Of a stretch of 64,000 bases of DNA, positions 22,596-34,169 are shown piece after piece. The notes below the pieces were generated by a model. It saw nothing but the letters and a program-made list of their open reading frames with translations, had not been told where the DNA came from and made no database searches. Source of the stretch: Callorhinchus milii (lineage: Eukaryota); NCBI RefSeq assembly GCF_018977255.1, contig NW_024704742.1, forward strand, positions 77,502,001-77,566,000. Direction: 5' to 3'. The position numbers and the translations under genes were made by a program. Each line of letters starts with the position of its first letter. The stretch's first letter is position 1.

Positions 22596-23639
22596 CTCAG
22601 AGGTTGTTCCATGTGTATTCAGCTATATCATTTACAATAGTTAGTGATATTTAGAACAACAACATTTTAGATGCAGTTCTTTAATACAGGCCTGAGTATT
22701 TCATGCTATTTGTAAATACGTAATTACTGTATAGAAAATGCAGTATGCTGGTGTTGATTGAGTTAAATATCTTCCATATAGATTACTGAAGGAAATTGAA
22801 TTTACAAACGGACAAGTTTCTACTGATATTGAAAACCACCGATTACCTAAAATTAGTGACTGTAATCATTTGGCAGAATATAATGTGTCCAGTTACAGCA
22901 CAAAACATTTGGGTGTAAAAAAACACAGTCTGTACATCCATTGTTTGATTAGCATGAGCTTAGACCACACGAGTACGAGTCAAAACTTACTTGTTGTTGG
23001 GCACAAGATGTTCTTCACATCTCATAATTCTAACCAAACAAACCGAATGCTACAGGAACACCAATGTAAAATAATCACAAATCCTAAAAATGTCTGCCCA
23101 GTTCATTCTGAGTGACACATACTTAGTTTTTCTAGTTCGAACACTAATCTGTGTCAGTGGAATTCGGCAAAGCATCATTCCTTTAACATTGATGGCCACA
23201 TTTACACTGCAGTTGTTTGCTGTGCATACACCGTCTGGTAACGTGTCAATAAACATGTGAGGTGATATGATCTCTCGCTATGGCAGGGTGATATATTAGC
23301 CACCTGAAACAACTCTGCAAGATGTCTGTCATTCTGTTCATTTTTGCACGGAATCTTTTTCGATGCTATCATCCTCACATCAACACCAGTGGAAAGTGAT
23401 GAACCGGCACATAGATTATTGAGAACCAATTCATGAGAATAAGAATTACTCTCTAATGTAGCATTGCTACTGTTGTATAAGAGTAATTTGATGAATAATC
23501 TGATAATCACTCTTTGGCTCACAGAAAATCCAGTACAACTCAGCAAGGTAAAGCTTAGCAACATATCAAACATAATACAATTTTCCAATTCATGACTATG
23601 TAGCTTGAAATGTAACTTGTAGCTTTTTCCCAAAGTATG

Positions 23640-24620
23640 CTATGTCCTTAAACATTTTGTGTGACAGATTAGCTTCATTTGATTGGCATCTGTGAAGTTG
23701 CATATTAATTTCAACCCTATCATAAGACAGCTGTGTTTTTTTTTATTGGCACTAAGCCATTTTGAAGGGTGTAGATATTTTGTTTCAACCTTGAAATAGG
23801 AATGTATGTTTCCTTGTTGGATTAACACAATGGGCCTGGCAAGGCTCAGACCATTCAGAATACAGTATTTTCCATCTTACATTTGAGTCTAGAATGTCAG
23901 GACTTTTTCCTCACATAAGCAGGTTTCCAACCAGAACTCTGAACTGTTTAGGTAGACTTTAAACATCCCATGGCACGATTCTTAGGGGTCCTGGCCAACA
24001 ATCCACCAATAAAATTGGTCATTTGTTCAATGGCTGTTTGTGGGATATTCCAATGCGCAAATTGTGTACCACATTCGCCTACAAAACACAGTCACTCCAC
24101 TTCATAACTAAATTCCATGAGGCACTTTGGGTTGTCATCCCGACATGAACGGAGCTATAACAAATAAAATGAAACAATATTGTTTGTTAATAAACTACAT
24201 TTTTGATATGGTTTTCAGCTCCAGACCATTCTTTGCTCTGTCCCTGCTCTCTGGAACTCTATCCCAGAGCTCCTTCACCTTGATCCCAACTCCCTCCCTA
24301 CCTTATAAAGCCTGCCTTAAAGTCTGTCTTTTCAATTGTGATATTGGTCAACTTTTCTTTCCCCATTCCCCTGCTCCCCCTGCGCCTGAACTCAGGTGCC
24401 CAGTCAGATGCTTAGAGCATTTTGAGAGCTCCTACACATGTGAAAGGCTTTAGAAAATGTAAATTGTTGTTATTAGATGGATTTTTCACTCCTAGCAGAA
24501 AGTTCTTCAAAACTGTGAAAGTAATTGAAAGATCACAGAACTCTAGCTCCTTTGAGTTTTAGGGCTTGGCCACTCTATTCCATTCATCTGAAATAGGGTC
24601 TGTTCTAGGATATTAACCTG
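23640..24620 (-). pseudogene. Paramyxovirus-like matrix (M) gene remnant, C-terminal half
   Basis: ELEFCDLSITFT (~24520-24555); FRVLVGNLLM*GKS...VRWKI (23917-23943, cf. FMVHIGNFRRKKS...KMKI); GLSLARPIVLIQQG (~23812-23853, cf. NDV GLSDVLGPSVLVKARG). A further tentative piece, KVTFFHYLRNFTLLTLWER (26670-26725), resembles KLVFYNNTPLTLLTPWRK. Confidence 0.6.
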
Positions 24621-24639
24621 CGAGACTTCCTCCCAGTGG

Positions 24640-25898
24640 AATGAAGAGTGACTTTTACTCCAAAGTGATCCTGGAGGCAAACAACAATCCAAAGATGTTG
24701 TTTTCCACCATCCATCACCTCCTCCGTGCATCCCATCAAGCCCCATCTATCCTCACATCAAACACTGAGTGCAAAGAGATGCTAGATTTCTTTGCCTCAA
24801 AATTGAAAACATCTGCTTGGTTGCATCATCCTCCCACCCCCATGTCCCCTTCCACCCCACCCAGACTATCCACACCGCCTTCTCCCTCCTCCATTTTCAT
24901 CTCAGCAAATGGTTTCTCCTCCCGTCCCCATCCGGACACCTGCGGGGTACCCCAGGGCTTCATCCTTGATCCTCTTCTTTTCCTTATCTATATACTCTCT
25001 CTTGGTAATGTCATCCACAGACATGGGGTAAACTTCCATATGTATGTGGATGACACACAAATCTACTTTGCCTCCTCCAGTACCAACTCCAGGTCCGGCG
25101 ATGTTCTATCAGCTTGTCTGGCAGACATCAGGGCCTGGATGAGTGCAAACTTCCTGCAGCTGAATGTGGACAAGACGGAAACCATATTCCTTGGCTCCCA
25201 TCAACATCTTCACTCCGGATCTAAACTCCTCAACCTCCCTAGGCTCTCCCTCAGACTCATTGAACCCATGTGCAATCTTGACGTCTGGTTCGATCCCCAG
25301 CTGGACCCTAACTTCTTCCACCTCTGACACATTGCCCACCTCCGACCGTACCTTACCCCAAATACAGCTGAAACCTTTCTGCATGCATTTTGCAACTCCT
25401 GCTTGGATTACTCCAACACACTGTTCGCCAGTCTCTCCAGCTCCACCATTCAAAAGATCCAGCTCATTCAGAACACTGCTGCCCACATACTGACCCAGAC
25501 CAAACTCCGTTCCCACATCTCACCAGTTCTGGCCTACTCGGGTTCAAATCTATTCACTCCCTAGCACCTCCATATCTCTCCGACCTCCTCACTCCCCAAT
25601 CCACCACCCGGCACCTCCACTCGACTGGCAGCGGCCTCCTGTTTGTCCCAAACACTCTCCGCCCCTCAAGGTTGCGCTTTCAGCCACTGCTTCCCGAAAC
25701 TCTGGAAAACTCTCCCTCAAACCCTCTGCCTTGCCCCCTCTAAGCCCTTTTTTAAATCCTGCCTGAAAACTTTCTCTTTGATCGTGCTTATGACCACCTC
25801 CTCCCCATCGGCTTGGAATCAGGCTCCACCACTGTAAAGCGCTCTCGAATGCTACCCTGCACGGAGGGTGCTATATAAGTGCAAGTTGTTGTTGTTTT
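24640..25898 (+). mobile_element. L2 LINE, deleted
   Basis: GVPQGFILDPLLF...YVDDTQIY...WMSANFLQLNVDKTE. Confidence 0.93.
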
Positions 25899-26540
25899 TG
25901 ATAGAGCTGTTAAAAAAGCATATGGGATGCTTTGCTTTATAACTAGAGACAAAGAGTCCAAAAGCAAAGAAGTTCTGCTAAATCTTTATACGTTACTAGT
26001 TAGGCCTCAGCTGGAGTATTGTGTCCAATTCTGGACACCACATTTTAGAAAGGATATCAAGGCCTTGGAGAGGGTGCAGAGGAGATTTACCAGAATGGAC
26101 TTTAATTATGTGGAGAGACTAGAGAAGCTGGGATTGCTATCCTTAGAGCAGAGAAGGTTAAGGGGAGATTTAATAGAGGTGTTCAAAATTATTAGGAGTT
26201 TTGATAGGGTAGATAGGGAGAAACTGTTTCCACTGTCAGGTGGGTCAGTAACCAAGGGACATAAATTCAAGATAATTGTCAATAGAACCAGCGGAGAGCT
26301 AAGGAGAATTTTTTTTACACTGAGAGTTGTTACTGTCTGGATCACACTTCCTGAAAGAGTGTTAGAAACAGATTCAATAACAAATTTGAAAAGGGAATTG
26401 GATGGGTATTTGAAGAGGAAAAATTTGCAAGGATATGGGGAAAGAGCGGGGGCTGGGACTATTTGGATATTTCTTCCAAGAGCCGGCACAGGCACGATGG
26501 ATCGAATGGCCTCCTTCTGTGCTGTAACATTCTACGATTC
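25899..26540 (+). mobile_element. CR1 LINE 3' end
   Basis: LYTLLVRPQLEYCVQFWTP...RRLRGDLIEVFKI. Confidence 0.95.
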
Positions 26541-27285
26541 TGTTCTAGAGCAATAACACCAGCAACACTGCACACAGCAATGCCCCACAAACAGCCATGA
26601 AGTGAGTGATCGATTTTTAACTGTAATACATTAAACATGTATTTATATTTGAAAACAAAGCTGAAACCGTTCCCATAATGTTAATAATGTGAAATTCCTG
26701 AGATAATGAAAGAATGTGACTTTGAGAGACAAATAACAGTGCATATATTAGATATAATAACACACACAAAAACACTTATAAATCAAATAACAAAATAAAA
26801 AAACCCAAAGAAAACAAATGGATGCAAATCCATGCAAATTTTCTCTTTCCTTCATGAAAACAATACATTAACATATACTCAGAAGGAATTGAGTCTGGGA
26901 TTTGATTAGTCTCAAGACAACAAAAGGCCAAACCACAAATTATCATGAGCGCACAAGAGAGGTGAGGATAAAAAGAACTCTATTTATTTAGTCTCATCCG
27001 TTTAGAATATCTATTCTACCTTCTTACTACTGCAGCATTAAACTGCTTCAAAAAATAACTGGAGTGTTCTGGCATCAACCACCCTTTCTGATTATGTGGC
27101 ACTCACTGCCAGAAGCTGTGTCTCAAACAGGAAGTATCATTGTATTTAAGAGGAATCTTGATGTATACATGAAGGAGAGGGGAAGAAAAGGATATGGGAA
27201 TAGGATGGGTGGAGGCGAGTATGAAGTATAAATATAAACACTGGTACGGACTAGTTGGGATGAATGATAGGTTTCAGTGCTTGTA

Positions 27286-27715
27286 AGGTGGTCCTAATTG
27301 GACACGCAGCTGGAAGCTTGCCAGAGAGTGATCTCAAATGCAAGCTATGGGGGTTTAGATGGTTGAACTCCCAAAGTCCCCCAAGACACAATCTGGTGTC
27401 CCCAAGCCTTAGCTCTTGTCAACCTGTGCCTAACACTCTCCAGTATCAGGTAAGCAGAGTGCATCTCTCCAGGGAGAGTGTGCATTCCATTCCAGATACA
27501 GGGAAATTTATATATGTAGGTAGCATATATATGTCAAACTCTTAGTCTGGTTTGGATACTGTTTTTTGTATGGTAATCTGTTTCTGCATGAGTGAAACAC
27601 CCAGCTGACCAAAGAAAATTGACTGCCCTCTGTTTTCACACTTTACTTGTTCCTAATTCACAACAGTGTCTTACCCTATCCTTAAAATGGCCTAAATATT
27701 AGTCTCTCAACTGGG
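27286..27715 (-). mobile_element. Fragment of the same ERV-like family
   Basis: Clear nucleotide homology to 13075-13400 (gtccccaagc...ctcttg...aacctg...tcaggtaa...gcattccattcca). Encodes YLGH...FGQLGV and GEMHSAYLILESVRHRLTRAKAWGH. Confidence 0.6.
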
Positions 27716-27719
27716 CCAT

Positions 27720-29120
27720 GACAACAACAACAACAACAACAACCTGGATTTATATAGTGCCCTCCACGCCGGACGGCGTCTCAGAGCACTTCACAGTAAC
27801 AAATCCCGGGGCCGAGCCAGAGGGAGGGGGAGAAAGGTGACCAAAGGTGCGGTCGAAAAGAAAGATCTTCAGAAGGGACCTGAAAGAGAGGGGGCGAGGC
27901 AAAGGGAGTAAGGAAGGGAATTCCAGAGCCTCGGGGCATAGTGGCTGAAGGCGCGGTCACCGAGGGTGGAGCGGAGGACTCAGGGGACGAGGAGGAGGCC
28001 AGACCTGGAGGATCGAACACAACGGGTACTGTTTTCAGGAGAGAGGAGGTCAGAGAGGTAGGGGGGTGCAGAGGAGCGCAGGGACTTGAATACGAGGGTG
28101 AGGATCTTGAAATTGATCCTCTCTGGGATAGGCAGCCAGTGCAGTTGGGCAAGGACTGGGGTGATCGGGGAACGTAGTTTGGTGTGGGTGAGAATGCGGG
28201 CGGCAGAGTTTTGGATGATTTGGATTTTATGGATGGTGGTGGATGGGAGACCGCGAGGAGTAGCCCAGCCAAGAGGTGACAAAGGGATGGACTAGGGTTT
28301 CAGCGGCTTTCGGAGAGAGGTTTTTGCGGAGACGGGCGATGTGTCGGAGGTGGAAGAAAGCGGTGCTGGTGAGGGACCGGATGTGGGGGAGGAAGGACAA
28401 TTGGGGGTCGAACCTGATGCCAAGGTTGCGTATGGGGTAGGAGAGTTTTAGGGGGAGGTTGGGTAGGTGGAGGAGGTGAGAGCTGTGGGATTTGAGACGT
28501 TGACGAGAGCCAAAGAGTATGGCTTCCATCTTGTTGACGATCAGTTGAAGGAAATTTGCGCTCATCCAGCCCATGAGGTCTGACAGGCAGGCTGACAAAA
28601 CATCAGGGGACTGGGGGGTCGCAAAGAGAGGTGGAAAAATAGAGTTGGGTGTTGTCCGTATACATATGGAAATGTACCCCAGGTCTGCGGATGACATCCC
28701 CAAGAGGGAGCATGTAGATCAGAAAGAGGAGGGGGCCAAGGATGGATCCTTGGGGTACCACGCAGGTAACCGGGTGAGAGCGGGAGGAAAGTCATTTGTG
28801 CAGATGTACTGCTGGCGGTTTGTGAGGTAGGGCTTGAACCAGGTGAGTGCGGTCCCACTGAGGTGGATGACAGAGGAAAGGCGATGGAGGAGGATGGCGT
28901 GGTCGACTGTGTCGAACGCGACGGAGAGGTCCAGGAGGACAAGGAGGCAGAGGGAGCAGATAAAAAGGATGTCTTCTGTGACTATCACAAGTGCAGTCTC
29001 TGTACTGTGGGCAGGGCGGAAACTGGACTGGAGGGGTTTGAAGAGGGAGTGGGAGGAGAGGTGTGCGTGAAGTTGATTGGCAACAACGCGTTCTAAGACT
29101 TTAGCGAGTATGACCATGAC
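27720..29120 (-). mobile_element. L2 LINE, 5'-truncated
   Basis: LLDLSVAFDTVDH, WMSANFLQL, HWLPIPERINFKIL; (GTT)n tail. Confidence 0.95.
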
Positions 29121-29134
29121 GGAAGAGCAAAAGC

Positions 29135-29345
29135 ATTTGCTTCTTTTGGAATAGGGTCATGGGATTTTAACACCAACTGAACAGGCAGATAGGACCTTGG
29201 TTTAATGTCTGATCTGAAAGATGGCAATTTTGCCAATGAAGCACACCCCCAGCATTGCACTAACGTGTCAGCCTGGACTTTGAGTTGAAAGTCCCAACAT
29301 GATACTTGTAAACAACCTTCTGACTCAGAGGCGAGTGACACCTAT
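29135..29345 (-). mobile_element. Deu-domain SINE 5' part
   Basis: Reverse of cactcgcctctgagtcagaaggttg...gttaaaatcccatg. Confidence 0.75.
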
Positions 29346-29849
29346 TATCCTGGTAGATCACTAATTAAATTATAATTTAAAACCAAACCCGGCAATAAGA
29401 TAATTCTTGCATTTGAAATAGAGCCATGATACCTGATCAGTGTAATAATTATTTTTGTAGTTAGATGCATTCCATTAGCACTCAGTGTAAACAAAATTAC
29501 TTGAAGAAACAATCAAAATGGACAAAAATATATAAAACAAAGAATGTCAATAATGATAATTATTTGCAAGGATTATATTTTATTGGGCCCTAAATTTGAG
29601 ATTTTTTAAAATAAAATTGATGTAAACCAAGGACTAAAGGCAAAACAACTGAAAAACTGAATTATATATACAAGGTATATACATTTAAAAAATCTGAATT
29701 GGAGGAAAAGATTTATCTTACCCACAAAAACTTAAGATTTTTGTGTTTGCTTTTAAAAAATGTTATTTGATAAAGTAAAATGAAGCCTTTTATTCTAGAA
29801 ACCATGAATTTAAAATGCAAAAATAAGTGCTCTGATTGAAAAGCAGTGA

Positions 29850-31183
29850 TCACAAAGATGTGTATTGCTTTGCCAAACCAAATATGGCTGAGGAACTGTG
29901 TGGGTTGCTCAGTTTATTCTCAATGTGGCACAGAATATAGATATAATCCAGTATTAATTTGTGTCTCAGTATGAGGGAATTGGGCTCAGTTGGATATTTG
30001 ACCATTTTATTCAGATTGGTCAATGCCAATGAAACTTGAGATACTTTCAACCACTGAGCTTTACCATGGAGTGTCAGTGAATGGGTTTGGGCCTATAACC
30101 TGTCACTTGGTGAGTTTACGATCTTGACTGTGCAATTGGGAGAGCTGTCAAGTGAGGCAGATGCTTGGCCACTGCAAGGGAGAGAAAATTATTGGGTAAA
30201 TGAGCCATTCTCAAAAACTTCCCAATGACTGTCTTAAGTGTAACATTGTCTGAAGCCTGGAAGCAATTTGCAATTACCCACCCATTAGATGATGCGGGGG
30301 AAACCAATCCTAGTAGCAAAAGACTTTGTTTTTTACAAAAAAAAACATATGTTGGGTTGGTTGGTGGAGGAGGGAAGCGTGCTCCGGTGAACTCGAAATC
30401 ACTAGAACTAGTATGAAACAATAGCATAAGTGAAAAAATGGCTCATCTCCAGTTGTGTTGTGATTTCTCGCCAACTAACTTCTTTGATTCTTTCCTCGGA
30501 GTCTTGTGTAGACAAAGACCCTTTGTGTCCAGGCCCTCTAGAATTGACCACAGGATAGTTTTTTCAGCTCAGTTTTGTGCACAACTTCAGGCTGTTTTGT
30601 ACCCTATCATATGCATGGTTCACTTCATGATTGTTTGTGGGAGACGGCTGGGCGCAAACTGGCTGCCACGATTGCCCACAAAATACACGGTCGCTCCACT
30701 TTACAGTATATCTGTGAAATACTTTGAAACATCCTCCTGACATGAAAGGCACTATACAAAATGTAAGGATTATTGTTATTATTGAAGGATTATGGTCCAC
30801 AAGACCATCTGCATCGTTTACTAGCTTCTCACACTTCCAGTCTCCCCACACTACCTCACTCCATGGATTCATCGACATTAATTTTACACTTGGCAGGGAA
30901 AGCAGCATTGTCCCCGTGGTTTACAATGTAAACGCATTTCTCCTGTTTACAAAGTGATGGAGAAGTTGGGCAGCAAAGCACAAGACATTTATAGTTCCAG
31001 ATTCTCAAGCTGAACAGCTCTCAGCCAAGATGTGGGACAGCTGTTCTTCCACAACTGCAAAATATACACTCTAGAGTTGTCTCATGTACAATTATTGTTT
31101 CTAGTCTGATCAGTTGACATTTAACAGAAGTTTACTCTGTTCTTTAACATTTTGAACGTTGGATAAACATGAATGGTCCCCAT
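29850..31183 (-). pseudogene. Paramyxovirus-like nucleocapsid (N) gene remnant
   Basis: Candidate start MGTIHVYPTFK (ATG 31183); RVYIL (~31060-31073, cf. IRVFIL); TTGTMLLSLPS (~30890-30920, cf. LTGALIGILSL); SLAVAKHL (~30160-30183, cf. NDV SLAVRIFL); LTNLNKMVKY...YIYILCHIENKLS...SSAIFGLA (ORF 29850-30050, cf. LSTLESLMNLY...PYMVILENSIQNKFS...SYAMGV). Interrupted by a SINE at ~30615-30783. Confidence 0.65.
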
Positions 31184-31926
31184 GTTACCAATGTCTTGTG
31201 TTTAACTTATCAGACTTGTTCAATATGTATCTTTTGGTCTTTATCTTCTTCCCCCATCCCCCTTTGCTAACCACACTCAATCTCAATATAGTCTGATGGA
31301 TGTGATCAACCTTTTTGTTTCATAAGACCTCTGGTTTCCCAAACTCCCAAACAGATCTTATAACTTTTATCCTAAATGGAAATCTATTCATTAAATCTGA
31401 CAATAGGGCTCTGAGATGTTACCCAGTGAAGCGAGTTATATAAATGCAAGATATTGTTGTGTTGATGCTAAACTATTTCCAGGCAAAACATTCAAAATCA
31501 TCTGATATCTCTTATGATATTCACACTCTAAACTTCATAACACTAAATATTCTAAGTCCTACAGGCCTTAACCTACCAAATGTTTGCCTTTAAACACACA
31601 AACACTACCTATATTTTATCTGAAGCACTTTGAGATGTCCTCCTGACTTGAAAGGTGCTTTATCACATGTGAGGATTATTATTATAATCCAATTTGCATC
31701 TGCTTTCTGACATTTTCTTCTTAGGCAGGTACTGTATGGAAAAAAATAGTTTACTAGTGATATCTCTGATATCTCAAATACCATATCACTATTCGTATTA
31801 CAATTTTCCCACCATAAAGTAAACAAAATAATAATACTCTGTTCTTCAACATTTTGAATGTTGGATAAACATGAATGGTCCCCATGTTATCCATGTCTTG
31901 TGTTTAACTTATCAGACTTGTTCAAT

Positions 31927-32945
31927 TTCAGTAAGGCCTGTGGTACAATTCCTCTTGAGAGGCTGGTACTGAAAGTAAACAAAAGCAGGAATCAGTGGAG
32001 GTATATTACAATGGATACACAATTGGTTGACTGGAAGAACCCAGAGGATGGTGGTACAGGGAATGTCATCAGACTGGGAAAATGTTACCAGTGGAGTTCC
32101 ACAAGAGTCTGTTTTCAGACCTCTTTTGTTTAATATTTTTATAAATGATCTGGAACTAGGAGTTGCAAGCACAGTGGCTAAGTTTGCAGATGACACCAAG
32201 TTAATGAAGGTGGTAGATTGTGAAGCTGAACAAGATAGGTTACAGGAGGATTTGAACATACTTGGGAATTGGGCAGATAGATGGCAGATGAAATTCAACG
32301 TGGAGAAATGTAAAGTACTTCAAATGGGGACAAAAAATCCTAGAAGGGACTATTATTTGAACGGAAATAAATTATATGAATGGAAAATGAAAAGGACCAA
32401 GGGTCCTGATTGATAATAAATTGAAGCTCTCCCAACAATGCTCTGTGGTAGTGAGTAAAGCAAACCAGATATTGGGATGTATCAAAAGATCAATAGCAAG
32501 CCAAAATAGGGGGTAATCCTGCCACGATATGAATCATTGGTGAGACCATTCTTAGAGTACTGCGTACAGTTCTGGTTGCTACAGTACATAAAGGATATTG
32601 GAGAAATCGAGAAGATACAGAGGAGAGCATCAAAAATTATTGAGGAAATGGAAGGACTGGACTATGAGGAGCGACTAAGTAAATTGGGCATGCTCATACC
32701 GGAAAAGAGAAGATTGAGAGGCGACATGATTGCTGTCTTTAAGATTCTAAAGGGGCAAGACCATATAGATCATGATGGACTGTTTCAACTTGTCCAGAAT
32801 AGTAAAACCAGAGGACATGGCCTGCGATTGAAGGGGGGTAAATTCAGAATGAATCTACTCAAACACTATTTCAGTGAGCGAATAGTGAACCTGTAGAACA
32901 GGCTCCCTAGGGAGATGGTTGAAGCAGTCACGCATTAGACACAAT
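31927..32945 (+). mobile_element. CR1 LINE RT fragment
   Basis: VTSGVPQESVFRPLLFNIFINDL...KFADDTKL; RPFLEYCVQFW. Confidence 0.95.
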
Positions 32946-33269
32946 TTAATGTGTTCAGATAATTACCCCTGTCAAGGCATTGATACTTCATACTTATTTT
33001 TTATTGAGAAGATAAAACAGCATAGAATGAGAACATGCTAATTGGCACATGAAACACCAATGTTTCTTAAAACCACATTGAAAAATGCAAAGTGTCAGTG
33101 CCAAGTAGTATCATAGCATTGGTCTGATTAGATAGAGGGATACCAATTTAACACTGACTTAACTCTTTGTTAATCCAGTATCCCGCTGACTGGCAACCAC
33201 TGTCGCAATCCACTCGTTTCAGACCAAAGCATTATGATTGAACTGAGGGAAGGTGGTGACACCAATTGA

Positions 33270-33370
33270 CATACAGATTTATTTTTTGATGAGCCAGGTG
33301 TCTGACACGTGGAAACCCATCACTGTGCTTAAGAGTATCTAACCTGATTGAACGTTCCGTGTATGTCATC
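33270..33370 (+). mobile_element. Short fragment of the same ERV-like family
   Basis: cacgtggaaacccatcactgtgcttaagagtat matches 58050-58080 and the reverse of 13350-13385. Confidence 0.5.
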
Positions 33371-33712
33371 TAAACATGGAAATGCCTGTGTCCCATGGTC
33401 CTAAGTCCTGTGGACATAAGAAACAGGAAGCAGAGGAGGCATTTCAGAACATCAAGCCTGTTCTAAGGTTGATTAGACCTTGATAGATCTTTCAATGCCA
33501 AAGCTCCCACCTAAAAAAGGCAGGGCATAGGGTGCCCTTGATCATTTAAATTAGAAATTGCTCGGATGTAATGATGTAAAGCAAAGAAATTCCATCTGGG
33601 TTTAGATTTACTTAAATTATGTAACACTGCAGAACATCCAAAATTTGCAGAATTTTTAAATCAGTCTTAATTTTGAAGTAAAAGAACTACAGAAAACTGT
33701 CTTTTAAACTTA

Positions 33713-33995
33713 AGGGCTCAGTTGGTAGCATTCTCACCTCCGAATCAGAAGTTTATGGGTTCAAGCCCTATATTGTCTTAGCCAAGACTCCAATGCAGTG
33801 CTGGGGGAGTGCTGCATTGGTGGAGGTGCTGTTTTTCAAATGAGACATAACCTGTCTGCCTGTTCAGGTGAGCATTAAAGATCCCATGGCGCTATTGGAA
33901 AAAGAGGAGTGAGTTTCTCCCAGGGTCTTGGTCAACAATCCCCCAAGCAATACAAATTGGTCATTCACTTTATGGCTGTTTGTGGGACAATTGGA
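33713..33995 (+). mobile_element. Deu-domain SINE
   Basis: ggctcagttggtagcattctcacctccgaatcagaag...aaagatcccatggcgctatt. Confidence 0.8.
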
Positions 33996-34169
33996 GAAGT
34001 TTTCATGAATTTTGTATTTATAAAGCACATTTATCCATATAGCATATTTTTGTATTTGTTTATGAGTCATACCACCTGTCCCTACATGCTTCCTGTGTCT
34101 CTCCACACTGTTTTATGTGCTCCTGCTCTGACTCTCTTTCCCTCACTCTCCGCTCAGCCTCCAGAGGTG

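Larger units (their letters stand above)
20790..23573 (-). pseudogene. Paramyxovirus-like fusion glycoprotein (F) gene remnant
   Basis: Signal-peptide-like MFDMLLSFTLLSCTGFS (ATG 23573); F2 segment MFIDTLPDGVCTANNCSVNVAINVKGMMLCRIPL (cf. [27 protein letters not shown]..LEPI); fusion-peptide-like FLGFVI / IGVPVAFG (23040-23090); VETC...NLYGRYLTQ (~22758-22820, cf. LDC...LNLYLTEL); INTATWTAMLLCIPTF (cf. VDTESYFIVLSIAYPTL); Cys-rich CIAN...TSADHNCTQV (21430-21640, cf. IANC...IAADHCPVV); GNRYSEKQIEVISLGQYASIEKNID (~20855-20935, cf. GSRRYPD...IDLGPPISLERLD). Split by a CR1 (21960-22595) and a SINE (21014-21393). Confidence 0.85.

Noticed and set aside
22991..23278. Apparent minus-strand host exons (REIISPHMF...RKT|gtatgt and IMRCEEHLVPNN|gtaagt)
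   Set aside because: The peptide is better explained as viral F2, in register with the flanking F fragments; the splice-like signals are probably incidental.
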